A DNA stretch of 63,986 nt, counting the filler, from Catajapyx aquilonaris (lineage: Eukaryota): assembly GCA_000934665.2 (NCBI GenBank). It is 3 parts of 3 records of this genome, joined end to end, with 100 filler letters (N's around TTAATTAATTAA, not from the genome) between each part and the next. Parts side by side here need not be neighbours in the genome. Positions count along the whole stretch, not along the records: positions 42,907 to 63,986 come from JYFJ02006137.1; 2 more parts are not named here. One strand, written 5' to 3'. Below the pieces are notes generated by a model. The model made no database searches, was not told where the DNA came from, and saw nothing but the letters and a program-made list of their open reading frames with translations. This document shows, piece after piece, positions 48,634 to 61,555 of the stretch. The translations under genes were made by a program, and so were the position numbers. Position 1 is the stretch's first letter, and each line of letters starts with the position of its first letter.

Positions 48634-48755
48634 GGGCCAGTTAGGGCCAGTAACAAGAATTGCCATAGCAATCATTGTTGACCAACAATGATTGCTATGG
48701 CAATTCTTGTTATACCCGAGGTTCTAAGTTATACTGAGGCCGGTGCAACTGGCCC
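48634..48755. mobile_element. Harbinger-like MITE containing a perfect hairpin
   Basis: TTA|gggccagtt ... aactggccc|TTA; inside, perfect 30-bp arms 48651-48680 and 48683-48712. Confidence 0.7.
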
Positions 48756-49014
48756 TTACTAGCAGTTAAAGAACCAGAAAAACACATTTTGAACTTGAAC
48801 TTCACATAGAAATTCGCGATGTTCCCTTGCATGTTGTGTATACATTATCATATTATGACCATCTCTGTATCTCCTAAACTAGAGCCAATATTTCTCTTTA
48901 CATGTCATATCCTTATTCAGCACATTAAGATTATTCAGAATTGACCGCTTTTATCTCGGATAATTTTTCTTTGTTGACCAGTGTTATCTATCACTACAAA
49001 TTCAATCAAGGACT

Positions 49015-49355
49015 CTTTTTTTTTTTTCCATTACCCCACGGGGGGAGTTATACTACTCCTTAGGGGGGATGGGTTACCACCGTTGGGATTTGTTTGGAGC
49101 GAGTTTAAGAAGATCTTAATTTGTGTACTACAAGGGTGGGAGGGAGGGGATGTGCAAAGTGCAAGTGCAATGTCTCTAATCGTCATTTTGTGAACTCCCC
49201 CGGGTGGCTTAGTCTGTCGGAAATTGCCACCCAAAACGAAGCCAGAGATGGCCCAACTCTGCACGAAAGAAGGTGGGAACCCCGGGTGGGGATTGAACCC
49301 GGGACCTTAACTTCCGTGGGCGCGCGCGTTACCGCGGCGCCACTCCATCTCCCCG
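49015..49355 (-). mobile_element. tRNA-derived SINE, family B
   Basis: Perfect 13-bp TSD tcaatcaaggact (49002-49014, 49356-49368); poly-A tail; 5' half homologous to 52063-52383. Confidence 0.88.
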
Positions 49356-50238
49356 TCAATCAAGGACTTCTGACCTAATGACTTATTTTACCAAGTAAAC
49401 TGATGAATCCGTTTGTGAGGAAACACAGTATTAGACACATAAAGGCCCCTCTCTACACATAAATCCAATAAACTCACACCGTTTCCATTAACCCTAACAT
49501 CCCCATAACGACCCAACACTCCCTCATACCCTGGGCGAGAGACACCTACCCAAGAATTAAAATCCCCTGCAAGAATTATCCTGTCATTGTTGAGGATAAT
49601 ATGACAGCGATCCATGGCGGATAAGGACAGTTATTCGACATTAAGTGGTTGGCCTTCGCATCAGAAGTGGACTCTGCGCGGTGTGTGGGGTGCAACGAAA
49701 TAGGTTAAAAAAGTTCATGCCATTGAGTGGGTTTTAGGGCAGTGAAGAATAGAATAGAATAAGTTTATATACCCACTCGCCCTTGGGCATCTCGGGTAGA
49801 CCTATCTTACACTTTGTATACATACGTCTCAAACCACTATATTTTTAATATAATATCACTAAACTTACTTTTCGCCACTGCTAATGAAAAAAAAGTATAT
49901 AATTGGTGAATAGCATGAGGTGGCAATAAATCAAAATTTTGTTTGGTGGAAGTTTCGGGATTTGCGCCAATTTGTTTGCTCTAAGTGACATAAAAAAAAG
50001 GACACTCATATATTAAATGATGCAGAGTCCATAGTTCTTCACCAGTGCATAGTGTACAGGGGGTTTTAGGGCAGTGGTGCTAGATTTCAATATTCATTGA
50101 CTTGACATGGTGAGCAATGTCTCATGTGAATTGGAAGCCAAAGCATGCCACCGTTTCCTGCCAGTATTGAGAAGAAAGTTGTTATGGGGTGCAACATAAT
50201 TTATGCGGGTTCCCCGTTGAAATGAAGTAGAGTGGTAC

Positions 50239-50465
50239 AGAGGCGGACAAGCCAGGTTGAGAGGTTATGGGCTTCAACCTGGCGCCTGTTTAACGTATGA
50301 AAAACCGTGAGAAGATATCAACATATGCATATTTAATTCCACTTTATGGTAAAGAACTTGAAATTGTAAATGTTAGGTAAGCGAGAGTTTCACTTGAAGA
50401 ACCATTTATTTTAATCAGGCACTGGGTTGAAGCCCGTAACCTCAACCTGGCTTGTCCTCCTCTGT
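50239..50465. mobile_element. MITE with ~55-bp imperfect TIRs
   Basis: cagaggcggacaagccaggttgagaggttatgggcttcaacc mirrored by ggttgaagcccgtaacctcaacctggcttgtcctcctctg. Confidence 0.75.
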
Positions 50466-51688
50466 GCATATTGGTATATAATGTTGGTATCCCATGATTA
50501 CAATGTATTTTTGAAAACAGAAACATGTGCAGCAAAGGTAAAAGGAACTATCAAGACATGACATATTAAGACATTTTCGCCCTTTATGATGTCCTGTACA
50601 GGCGCGTAGGCAGAAAAATGTCGGGGGGCCCATTTCATAAGCACAAGGCTGAGGCCCAGGCGTTGGTAAATATGTTAACTTCTCTACTTTCCACTCAAGC
50701 AGTCTATGGTTCTAGGCCTGGTCAAGCGTCTGTGGTCTCAAAGATTAGAGAATAGAAGAGAGGCATATTCACTGTTCCTTGGGTGATCGACCTAATGCCG
50801 ATCGTTGCACGCTCTGTCGGCAGATTTCTAAGCTGATTTTGCCTTTGAGAGGGGCTTCCCGAATAAGCAGCTATTTTGGCCGAAGTGGAGGCACCTTTGT
50901 AGCTGCACCGTGCCCGAGAGGGAGGATCTTAACTGTCGCCGAAAAGCTGCGATTAACCACCGAAAATATGGAATAACTGCTAGTTTATTACTGTGCTGCA
51001 AAATTCCATTGTGTAGAAATTTAAATAAATTAGAACCAGCCTGATTTATAGTGCCTATTTACGAGCCTATTTTGACTGTTTTCAGGGCCTAAATGCCTAC
51101 CTATTTGAGGGTTTTTTAGAACCTAAAAATCCGTTCTCTAGTTATTATTAATACAATAACAGAAACAGTTCATATGTTGGAGAATAGCCAAAGATTGTCC
51201 CTTGCTGTCACATATGAAACCGTTTTGTTATTGACATGGCTCAAAAACTTCATTGTGCATTATTACTTATTGATTATCCCTCGTATTTTATTATATATTT
51301 ACAGATTGCAAGAAAAAAGTAACTAAATGTAACCCTCACTTAAAAACAGTTAACAAATAGTAACCTCTGAAAAAATTGTAAATGATAGTAACAGAGTGGC
51401 AGCTCTGCATAGGTTTCAGGTCAAGAGATTGAAATCAGTCATAGAAGTAGAATTCAAGATGACGCATGCTACAAGGCAAGCACAGTGATCTGACACCCTT
51501 AACCTGTTGAGGGCTAGATTTGTTTGTTTGTTATTTGTTTGTTTTTTTTCTTTTTTCGATGTACAGTAGAAGTGATATTAAAGAATAACAACATCGCGCC
51601 AAAATTAATCATTTTAATTCCTGGTGGTCCTTATGAATGTAAAATGATGGAAAAAATTCAATATCAGTTTACAGGGTTTTATTACTAA

Positions 51689-51819
51689 GGCCGGGTCGCA
51701 CCGGCTCCCGGAAAATTTGTCTGGCAGACAAAGGGTACTTTGTTATTCATTGTTGACAGAAAAGTAACCCGGCTCTTTGTCGGCCAAACAAATTTTCCGG
51801 GAGCCGGTGCAACCCGGCC
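51689..51819. mobile_element. PIF/Harbinger MITE
   Basis: TAA|ggccgggtcgcaccggctcccggaaaatttgt ... acaaattttccgggagccggtgcaacccggcc|TAA. Confidence 0.88.
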
Positions 51820-52062
51820 TAAGTATGTGAATTGCTACAGTGTGTGGCATAGGTTTAATGGGTTGATATTCAACTTACTGTGCTCTGGGTTCCCTCCTCT
51901 TCCCACCAGGACGTCTTCAGCTTCCCCGGCTGGAGGTGCTGGGGGGCCATCTGGAATGCCCACAAGAACAAACATTAGCACCTGGAAATGTCTTCGCACC
52001 ATTATTTCTTGTTAACTCCATTGCACTATCCACATGACACTGCACATTATTATTGAGCTCAA

Positions 52063-52383
52063 TCGGGGAGGCGGAGTGGTGCTGCGGTAACGTATGCGCC
52101 CACGGATGTTAAGGTCCCGGGTTCGATCCCAGCCCGGGGACACCCCCTTCATCTCGTGCAGTGTTCAGGGTCACCTCTGGCTTCGTCTCGGGTGGTATTT
52201 CCACAGACTAAACCACCCGGGGGAGTTCACTAAAAATGGCCACGTTTAAGACATCCCCTCCTGTCATCCTGCCCGTGGGCCCGGGCGCTACGTAAAAAGG
52301 CTCAAATGTACTTGATATAATAAATAAAGGTCCGTGCTGCATACCTCAGATGAGGTCAAGCACTACCCCGGATTATTATTATT
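52063..52383 (+). mobile_element. tRNA-derived SINE, family B, with (ATT)n tail
   Basis: GGTTCGATCCC B box; TSD attattattgagctcaa at 52046-52062 and 52384-52400. Confidence 0.88.
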
Positions 52384-52417
52384 ATTATTATTGAGCTCAA
52401 CCTTATGTACAGGGTGA

Positions 52418-52887
52418 TTCTTACTAGTCCAGCCAACGGCCGTCAGCATACTCCTTGAGCCAAAACCAGTTGAAAATGTCGGGGGGATAAATGTCCAGGG
52501 ACCAGTCCAGTGACCAGAAACCTTGGCCAGTGGTTGCCGAAGGAGCAGGATATGATCGGTGATATTCACTTCTGTGAAAGAGGTGACCTGCAAATCCCAA
52601 CAGTAGCAATTTTAACACTCATATCCTGCTCCTTCAGCAACCATTGACCAATGCTTCTGGTCAACAGTTGCTCCCTCAACATATCTCCCACAAGGGGGTA
52701 ACAACTCTCCAAAAAAGTGTACACCAGATCCTGGAACCGGGTGGTTCCAGGCTGGTACCAAGCTGGTTCCAGCGGGACCCTGTACACCGGTTCCACGAAG
52801 TTGTTACCCTCTTGATCTCCCCCCTACATTTTTGACTTGTTTTGGCCCAAGGAATACGCTGAGAGCCCTTGGCTGGACTAGTAAGAA
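52418..52887. mobile_element. Diverged foldback element with a 124-bp MITE (52691-52814) in its right arm
   Basis: Arms 52418-52555 and 52619-52887 are imperfect reverse complements. Insert has TIR caagggggtaacaact / agttgttaccctcttg and TSD atctccca / atctcccc. Confidence 0.75.
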
Positions 52888-53911
52888 AAGTTAATAGTTG
52901 GAGATGACCCATAAATCACCTTTTCTATATGACTCTTTTCATTTCCCCCCCAATATACCAGGCACTAATAAGCAACAAATATGTAAGGGAGATCGGGGTT
53001 CGGTTGTAACATCGCCAATAATAAACACGTTTAGAATGCCCTAAAGCTGAAACTTACACCTAGTACGTGTGTCACTATGATCTCTAAGCCAGGTGAAAAC
53101 TTTGGATACTCCTTTTTTCGTTCTTCTATATGCAAAAAAACGAAAATCAAGGTGTGTTCCCAACTTTTTTGAGTGGCAGTAACCAAGTGATTATGCAGAG
53201 GGTAGAGGTGCTATTGAATTGTCCGTGGTATCATGAGAAAGGTTCTTTTAGTGGGGTCACACTGACGTATTGATGACCAAATCATGTGCACAGTTGAAAA
53301 GTAGTAAGGATATCTACAAGACAACACACAATGGGGACGGTTGTAACAACTTCATTGGGGGTTAATTGTAACTTGGTATAGTTGGTAAAATCATGAGAGA
53401 AAGGTCATGTCTGTGAACAGATGTTACAGCTACATATCTCACAGGATATTGAGAGTAGAAATATTGTGCAATGAAGCTTCTTATAACCAGTTTGTCAAAA
53501 ATTTATATGACTGCATTTTTGCGATAGAGCGGACATGAAGCGACGATTATTTTTTTCGTTGAATACCGCATTTGATCACACCAATCGGATGCTCAACATT
53601 TGGTGGCTCATTTCAGTAGGATTCCACCAACTTAATAAGTTGACATTTGAGTAGTGGTTTGCACATTGGTATCAAAACAAGAGGGTTGTAGGCAGGTACT
53701 TGTGATCAGGTCTTGACTAAGGTCTGGGGACGGAAGTCTGTGGTTTTACTGGAGCTGTGGGGACCAGTTCCAATTGTGGGGACATTTGTCGGTCCCCACA
53801 GTCTCACACACGCGAAGTGTACCATTACAGTGGGGACATGTGTAAATTAGTGGGGACATGTCCCCACTATTTTCATTTGTAGGGTTTCCCAAAAGTCCAT
53901 TTTTCTCAGCC

Positions 53912-53992
53912 TAGGTTACTTAGGGTAGGGTAGGTTAGGTAGGGTAGGGTAGGTTAGGTTAGGTTAGGTTAGGTTTGGTTAGGTTAGGTTAG
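53912..53992 (+). repeat. Interstitial (TTAGG)n / (TAGGG)n array
   Basis: About 15 pentamer units; TTAGG is the common arthropod telomere motif. Confidence 0.85.
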
Positions 53993-55259
53993 ATCAGTTT
54001 ACACTCGCAGTGAAAAGTGATCAATGTCCGTCCCCACGCCTTAGTCAAGACAAGAGTGTGTGTGTGTGGGTGTTTGTGTTTATTATAAGGTGAATTAAAT
54101 TAAATTTAAGGAGATTAAATTCCTTCAAACAACTTTTGCTGATGTCACATTTAGCCTCAAAATGCCAAGAGTAGTCGGAAATAAATGCCATACCCAAGAA
54201 GTTTTTATTTCGAGGCAGCACAGACCTCTCCCAAATTGCAGTAGGCCTAAGTTTTTTAAATGCTGTCGATGGAGCCGTAATGGTAGATTGGATCCATTTC
54301 ACGATGGTTGATTTAGTTTCAGAAGCACGTAATTTCACATAAACGACACCTTACACGACTAAATAAGATTATTTTCAAATTTTCCCGCCATTTTGGAAAA
54401 TCGGCCGCCATCTTGGATCTAAGGGTTAAAAAAGATGGCGCTACGGGGGAAATCGGTCCTTGGTGTGTAGACAATATTCCTACAAAGTGGCTTGCCGTTA
54501 TAGTAATTTGCCGCTTTTTTACAGAATTTTTTACGTTTCTTGAAAACCGGCCGCCATCTTGGGTCCTAAGGGATGAAAAAGATGGCGCCACGGGCAAAAT
54601 CGCTTATTTTGGTCTTAACTACAATCCTGCAAAGCGGCTTGCTTTTATCACGATTTGCCGCTTTTTAATGGAATCTCGAACGTACCGCCCCCACTATGGG
54701 ATTCACAAGGAATGTGCATTAGGAAATACGAAAAGATGTGTCTGTGACAATCTTTGTTGCTGTAGAGAACTGGTAATTTTCTTTTCTTCCTGAGACCAAA
54801 TGCCCATTTAAATGGCCATCCGAAAAAAGTTTTTTTTAGCTGAATGGGCTGTTATGTGACTTTTCTTTAAATGCCTGTACCTATACACCCATAAGGAAGT
54901 GTGCTTTGCACTACAGTTCAGTTTTAAAATCTAGAATAGCGAGGTACCATGCTAGGGGGTAAGAAGGGAAGGAGAAAGGTCCATGCCTGGAGTGGTGGCC
55001 TTTCAAATAATTTCATATTTATCTTTAATATATTGTCTTCTGAGAGGATTTGCTACCATGGATTCCACAAATGAATGTAAAAAACATTGTTTGGAGGTTA
55101 GAGCAACATTTATCCGTTCTGCTTTTGTAGCAGCAATTGAGTCCTAATGTTCTCATTGGTTGTTTGTCATTATTTATTTCAATACTTTAGAATTATAATT
55201 TTTTTTCTCGTTTCTTATTGGGAAGATGTTCAGAAAATGCAACAGGAACTGACATTGCG

Positions 55260-57100
55260 TTACTCAATTCTCCAATATTCCAACAAACGCTCTAACTTCC
55301 TTCATGTGGGTGGCCATAGGAAAGCCAGCTACCCCCTCCACATTGGCTGGATCAGGGGCCACCCCTTCCGCAGAAATTCTATGGCCTAAACAAGTCACGT
55401 ATGCTTGGGCAAAAGCACATTTTTTGGGGTTGCGAGTCAAATTCACTTGATGGATCGCTTCAAGCACCATGGTTAGTCGTTGCTGGTGTTCCTCAAATGA
55501 CTGGTCATACAGTAGCAAGTCATCCAGGTATATCAAGCATGCTGTCCAACGTAGACGTCCCAGTACTTTTGCCATCAGCCGGCCAAAAGTGGCGGGTGCA
55601 TTGCAAAGCCCAAAAGTCATTCAGCAAAATTCGAACAATCCATCTCATGTTATACAAATGCTGTCTTCTCTCGGTCCATCTCCTCTACTTCCACCTGGTG
55701 ATAACCACTAACCAGGTCTAGCCTAGAAAGATATCTTACCCCATTGAGGTGACTCAGGGCATCGTCGATTCTCGGCATTGGGAAGACATCCTTCACTCTG
55801 CGCTTATTCAATTCGCGGTAATCGACACAGCAGTGCCATGATCCGTCTTTCTCCAGATGCCGAGAATAAATGCGTGCATTTCGCCAGTTAGGTATGAACC
55901 TCCTTCCTTTGACCTTCCTCCAACACCATTCCAACAGCAGTTCCTAATTCAGCTGCTTGGCATGGTTCCACCATACTCCAAATCACTTCTTCGCTATTGC
56001 TGGGTCATTCAGACATTTCTATCAAACAGCTCGCATTATTGACAACTGGTGATATGCTGCCTAGTGCCTGTCCTGCTCTCAGCACATGTGGGGCATCTGC
56101 TAAGTTGGCCACGCATACCTTGCAATTGCCTTCATGCAAAGTGGTCATCTATCGAGGAGACCAACACCCTTTCCCTGGCCCACTGCGCAACCAGGCATCA
56201 ACAATATCACCGTCAGGCTCATCTATCCCTACCAGCACTGCTGCTATCTCCCCTGGTGAGAGTGTAACTGACTCCACAACTAATGCAGGAATCGACATTT
56301 TCGCAACCACTGTCATCCATGCCTCTTTCCATGCTCTCTGCGATGGGTCGTCGGAGACCAGCACCTTCCCACCTTCGAATGCCAGGGTTACTCCCCACTC
56401 GGCCATCCATCATGTATATCATTGATTGCCATGTGAATAGTTGTCACTCGTGTCGCCCGGTGTGGCGGTGCTATTAGCGTATTAGGTGATATAAAATTAG
56501 AAAATAATTTTTTAACAATCACTTGGGTGTCACCCCCTTTGAGGGTGTCACCCGGTGCGGTCCGCACCCCCCGCACCTGCCTAGCGACGCCACTGCATCC
56601 CAGTCCCTGAACTGAAGCTGCAGTTCTTGCACTACGCTCTCTCGGACAGCACTACATGTTGCGCACAAATTCAGGATCGCCGTGACCTGCTTCGCACTTA
56701 TCTCCACCGAGATGCATGGCAGAGATGCGCCAAAGGTTGAGATCGTCACTTCCACCAAGGAACTGGATGGCTCCCTGTCAATATTTTGGAACCCCCTTCG
56801 GCTTGGTCTCAGTGAAAGATTCCGCCTTGCACCTTGGTTACTGGCATTCCTATCACAGAAACTTCGAATGGGGCCATATTTCCCATATTTAAAACACTGT
56901 GGTCCACTTCCTTCTCGGTGGCCTGCTCCTGGTTCACCCTCATTTCGATCAGGAATCTTGCAATGCGATTGCTTTCCCTTTTCGCCACTCGCCTGCCTGC
57001 ATCGTTGCTTCCCCCTCCTGGACTCGTCTGGCTCCTCCTCCTCTTCCGCCGTAGCCTGGAGTTCTGCTGATACCTTCAACAGTCTTCAACAGTGCAGGGC
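55260..57100 (-). mobile_element. Degenerate Ty3/Gypsy gag-pol remnant
   Basis: Decayed zinc knuckle CFKYGKYGPIRSFC, protease-like AILNLCATCS, RT CVDYRELN, FPMPRIDD, DLVSGYHQV, FGLCNAPATF, YLDDLL, KKCAF; order gag-PR-RT with many frameshifts. No LTR pair seen. Confidence 0.9.
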
Positions 57101-58065
57101 GATGAGTTTCATAGCAGAGGTTTGTCCCACCTACGAGGGCCATACTAAAATGATTTACAATTTATTTTATTTTTGCCACCAATACAGTGTCCGTACAGGT
57201 CAGTAGAGTCACACATTATAGATAGAATCCTCCTGGAGTCGAATGCACAGGAGTCATCGGTGTGATACCTCTCCGAGCCCTCCAGGAACAATTTTTTGGA
57301 GGTTCAGCGCACCCCCTCCTGGACAACTGCTTACAGTCAACAATGTTCTCGAAATTGAATCAGCAAAGGAGTTTTTTTCATGAATCTGAGCAGTTGAAAG
57401 TCACTGGCGGACAAGCCGGGATTCCCCACCACTGGATGCTTCATCGGACCCCAGGTGGTCTGTCCATCAACAAAATAGCCTGCCACTGGCTTCTGGAGCT
57501 GGCACCTCTCGCTGTGTCCCCTCTAGCCCCGTGACGTCCTCCTATCTGGTAATCTTCAGCCCTCACTTGCTTCTGGCTCAACCAATAGACTTTCCATGGG
57601 ATGATCCCTGCAGCACTCCTGATCTCAGCAGCGGCACACACTCTGCTGGTCACTATGCTCTGGCTGGTCTCACACTCAGACGCTCCAATGTCCCTTCTCG
57701 TCGGCTTCCCTTGGCCGTCGCGCGGCAACAGCACCTGGCTCCTCATTGTTGGCTATCTCCAACAGTGGGTTTGGTGTTGATGCGGTGGGAGTGGCGATCG
57801 CTTTCCAAAAGGATTTGTGGTGGGGTAGACATGCTGAGGTGCCCTTCCACCCCCATTGGCAAAAGCCCTCATCAAAATAGCCAACCTCTCATCCACTTCC
57901 CTCTTACGTGTTATGCGGATTTAAACAAGCTTTGAACAATACATAACATTTCTTTTTTGGATGATGTGCCTAGGAGTTGTTTTGAGTCAAACACAGGGCT
58001 CTATCTACATATCTATAAATGATGATGTTTGTGAGTTTGTTTGTCGGTGTGTTTGTTCGCTATAG

Positions 58066-58108
58066 TAGTAGTAATGATAATGATAATAATAATAATAATT
58101 ATTGTTAT

Positions 58109-58141
<33 letters not shown>

Positions 58142-58415
58142 TCATACCCCGTTATCAGCCGGCGGCTCTTTAGGGGGGAAATTTTTGTTTTGACTGGAAA
58201 TCTTTGTTTTCATTTTAATGTGGTCTTTGGGATAGGATAGGGACGGAAGGAAGCGGCTGTGGCCTGTTGTTACGGAAACGACCCCAGAAATTATCCTGGA
58301 AGGACCGTGGGAAACCACAGAAAACCACGGTCAGGGTCGCCGGCCCCAGGATTCGAACCCAGGACCTCCCGATTAGCAGGCGAACTCCATATCCACTGCA
58401 CCAACCTGCTTCAGT
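58066..58415 (-). mobile_element. tRNA-derived SINE, family A
   Basis: Close match to 32751-33023; perfect 14-bp TSD tttgttcgctatag (58052-58065, 58416-58429). Confidence 0.9.
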
Positions 58416-60624
58416 TTTGTTCGCTATAGAAATCCAAGGGAATGCCCCTACACAGCCTTAAACTAGCATACTGGGTGTTACTTTTTTCGAGGAATGCAAC
58501 GCCGCATGTTTCAGCTTCCGAAAATGAGCCTTACTCCCACAACACCTCCTCTCCTTGCACCATTATCCCACAACAATATCAAAAAACACTGTCTACTACT
58601 ATTTTTGTTTGAGGGCATCTCTATGGAAACTGGAACCCCTTCCTGTTTCTCAATGAAATGCCCCCAAAGAAGCGTTACACGTTTGTACAATCTCCTGCTG
58701 CCAAACACAAAGGAACTAAAAGGCAGCATGATGCAGACAGTCAACGCTAGTCCCATCTAGAACTTAAAGCAGCCAGACAAGCTGCACAGAAGCAACAACA
58801 CAACAATGGCTTTCCTACATACTAAGAAGTTGTGTCTAACAATAGACACCTGACTTTATAACATGTGCAATGGCTTTGGCTCTGGCATCATCAAGAATTG
58901 CTGCAATAATATTGAAGGGTATGGTGCAAGAAGGGGGTAAGTCATTGTTAATCGGCATTCATTTAATGGGTCGACTAGATTGATAAATTGCCAGATCGTT
59001 TGTTACAAGAACGGGAATCATCGCCCTGTGCAGGGTGACACCCTTCTGCCCTTCACAGGTAATGACAAACTTTGGCTTATTATTTTCAGTTAGCCTACTA
59101 CACAATGGCCCATAAGGCCAGTTTTAAGGCATATCGAGTGCATATAGAATGAAAATTTTATAAACAAATTTCCTAAAAATAATATATAAATATTGATATC
59201 CCAGCCACTACATACCTGGGCAAAGCCAGGTAACCTGCTAGTATTTAATAAAGGAATAGTAGGGTCTTCTCTAGCAATTTTCAAAAATTGAAAGGAAATG
59301 TAAATTCGCATGTCCATTTCAAAGAATTCCTTACAAAAGATGCAGATCGCACATGTAAGACATAGTCTATCTGGACATTGCCATTGCCCTCTCATCCACT
59401 GAAGTCCACAGCTCTCATTTCTTGACATTTAAATATTTGCAGCTATAAAATGGGTTGTTACACTTTCAGGGGATTTGAGACCTTTTCGAAGAATAAAAGT
59501 CTTATAGAACGGCTGTCTGTCTGACTCTGGACAGGTATCAGACAGACAGACAGAGCCCTGCTATAAGACTTTTTTCGAGCCCCCTGGCTGCCCCCTCCAC
59601 CCACCACCCCCTCTCCTTGACCGCACATTCCCCCCGACCGTCCCTTTCCCACTGATCTCCGAGTCCCCCCATCGCCCCCTCCCCCAGATCACCCTTTCCC
59701 CCCTCCCAGTCCTGTGACTGACGTTGGGGACAATAGCAGTAAATGTGAAAAAGTCTACTCTAATCACGCTCACGTGATTTGCCAATCTTGTTTTCTCATG
59801 AGCTCTCAAAATGTTCCATACAATATCCTGTTGAGGGGCTGTGTCCAGGTTATAGAAGAAATCACTTACTTATGCTATAAACAATGTGCATATTTCAAAA
59901 TAATGGGTACTAAACCATATCCAAAACTAGGGAATTGGGGGTATATTGTATGTATACTGCCATGCAGCATTCCCCCTCTGCAGTCAAAAATGTCCCAAGT
60001 TAGTGATAGGGATCAGTTAGTGAAGTTAGTGAGCCAAGTGAGGATAATTATATTGTAAACTGTTTGTCTGCTATAGCACCATAAAAATCAAAGTAAGGCA
60101 TTTTCAATTTACAACTTTTCATTGAACTCTTCGGATCATGGCATTTGCACCAAACTCACGCACATATTAGATATTGTTCTTACCTTTCTCCTTTGTAACC
60201 CGAGCCCTGGCCAGCTTCTTCGAACCAGGTTGGGTCGGGTATTTGGGTAAGCGCATGCCCCCAAGGCTGCCTCCTGGAATGCCCAAAAGAGAGTCATTAG
60301 CAACTGGAAATGTTGACACCAATACCAGTACTTCATTATATCCCTACTGCACTATTCACATGACATTTCTCATTACCGAGATCGGCGAGATGAATCATAA
60401 AGAAAATTTAGAAGTAACATTAGCAAGCAGAAAAACCACATTCATTGGTTGGTATGGAAGGGGGCAAACTTGTTATTGCAGAATTGAAATTTGGATACTG
60501 TGAGGTCACAAGCAAAGGTAATGCTTTCATAGAAAAGTTTGTCACTTTCTCACAGCCTTCCATTAGGCTAATCCCACAGGCCACAATATTATACAGTATA
60601 TCACGAGTCTTTCATTATTCTTAA

Positions 60625-61305
60625 CCCCTTCAGCCCCTGCTATACCCGCCATCGCCTAGTTTTCCACTTACGAGTACTCTGAAGATACGGACAAGATATT
60701 TTACACAGAATAACAGCTATACTTACCCGATCAGGGAAAACACTATGAATGTGTCTGGAACAATTATCCTCTTCTATATTTCCCTAAATTAATTTCCAAA
60801 AATTTCGCTGTAAAACCCGAAATTCAAGTACCTCCAGCCAACTACTTTGGTTGATTTAATTATGAAATACGTTAAAATTCACTGAATAACAATATTGATA
60901 ATAGTGCCAGAGGAATTTGCTGAAATCGTCGTACTTTAGGAAAAATAAATGAGTTCTTATTTCCGGCTTTCCTGTTACTTCCGAAATCTCCCACATTCAT
61001 TTATTTCTAGCCAAGTACGACGATTTCAGCAACTTCGACTGGCAAGGTTCTCGAGATTAATATTCCGTAAATTTAATGTATTTCATAATTAAATCATGGC
61101 AATAAAATGGCAATGTAGCTATACTCTGTGGCGATCCTTTTGGAAACTGGTTCCAAACACATACATAGCGTAGACCGTAGAGCATGAACGTGTAAGTATA
61201 GCTGAAGTTATTATTGGTAAAATATCTTATTTTTTATCTTCAGAGTACATGTAAGTTTAATAGAAACAAAATCTAGGCGATGGTGTATAGCTGGGGCCCA
61301 AAGGG
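60625..61305. mobile_element. piggyBac-like non-autonomous foldback element
   Basis: TTAA|ccccttcagcccctgctatac..ccatcgcctag mirrored by ctaggcgatggtgtatagctggggcccaaaggg|TTCA; further inverted segments inside (gctgaaatcgtcgtactt / aagtacgacgatttcagc). Confidence 0.72.
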
Positions 61306-61555
61306 TTCAACTATGTCCTGTTCTAAATGACTCTGTGGAGACTTCCAAATAGTGGGTTCTCAAAAGTACCATCCAATGTCAGGTTGAGGGGACTGCACAG
61401 TGTTGCGAACCATAAAAATCTTGGCCAAAACCTAGATTTTTGTCGGATTTTCTTGCAATATTGCATGGAGGGGTTCCATAAGTTGCTGATGTCAAATCAA
61501 ACATATTTAACCCAACATGGCACATCTAACCTGGCACGTACATGTAACATACGTG

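Larger units (their letters stand above)
46727..49600 (-). mobile_element. Fragmented RTE-like LINE (endonuclease + RT) interrupted by SINEs and MITEs
   Basis: EN IILAGDFNSWVG..NGNG..LLDLC..SNTVFPHKRIHQFTW; GKSPGVDGISSEM; RT FVDLEKAYDTV, GVKQGCVMSPWLFNLY, LYADD. Frameshifted. Confidence 0.88.

Noticed and set aside
57130..57420. Possible mariner fragment starting tacgaggg beside the Gypsy remnant
   Set aside because: Only one terminus-like motif and no clear transposase motif; too weak to call.
60136..60336. ORF MKYWYWCQHFQLLMTLFWAFQEAALG as the PLA2 signal-peptide exon
   Set aside because: It has a frameshifted paralog at ~51900 and no intervening catalytic exons were found; more likely a decayed repeat.
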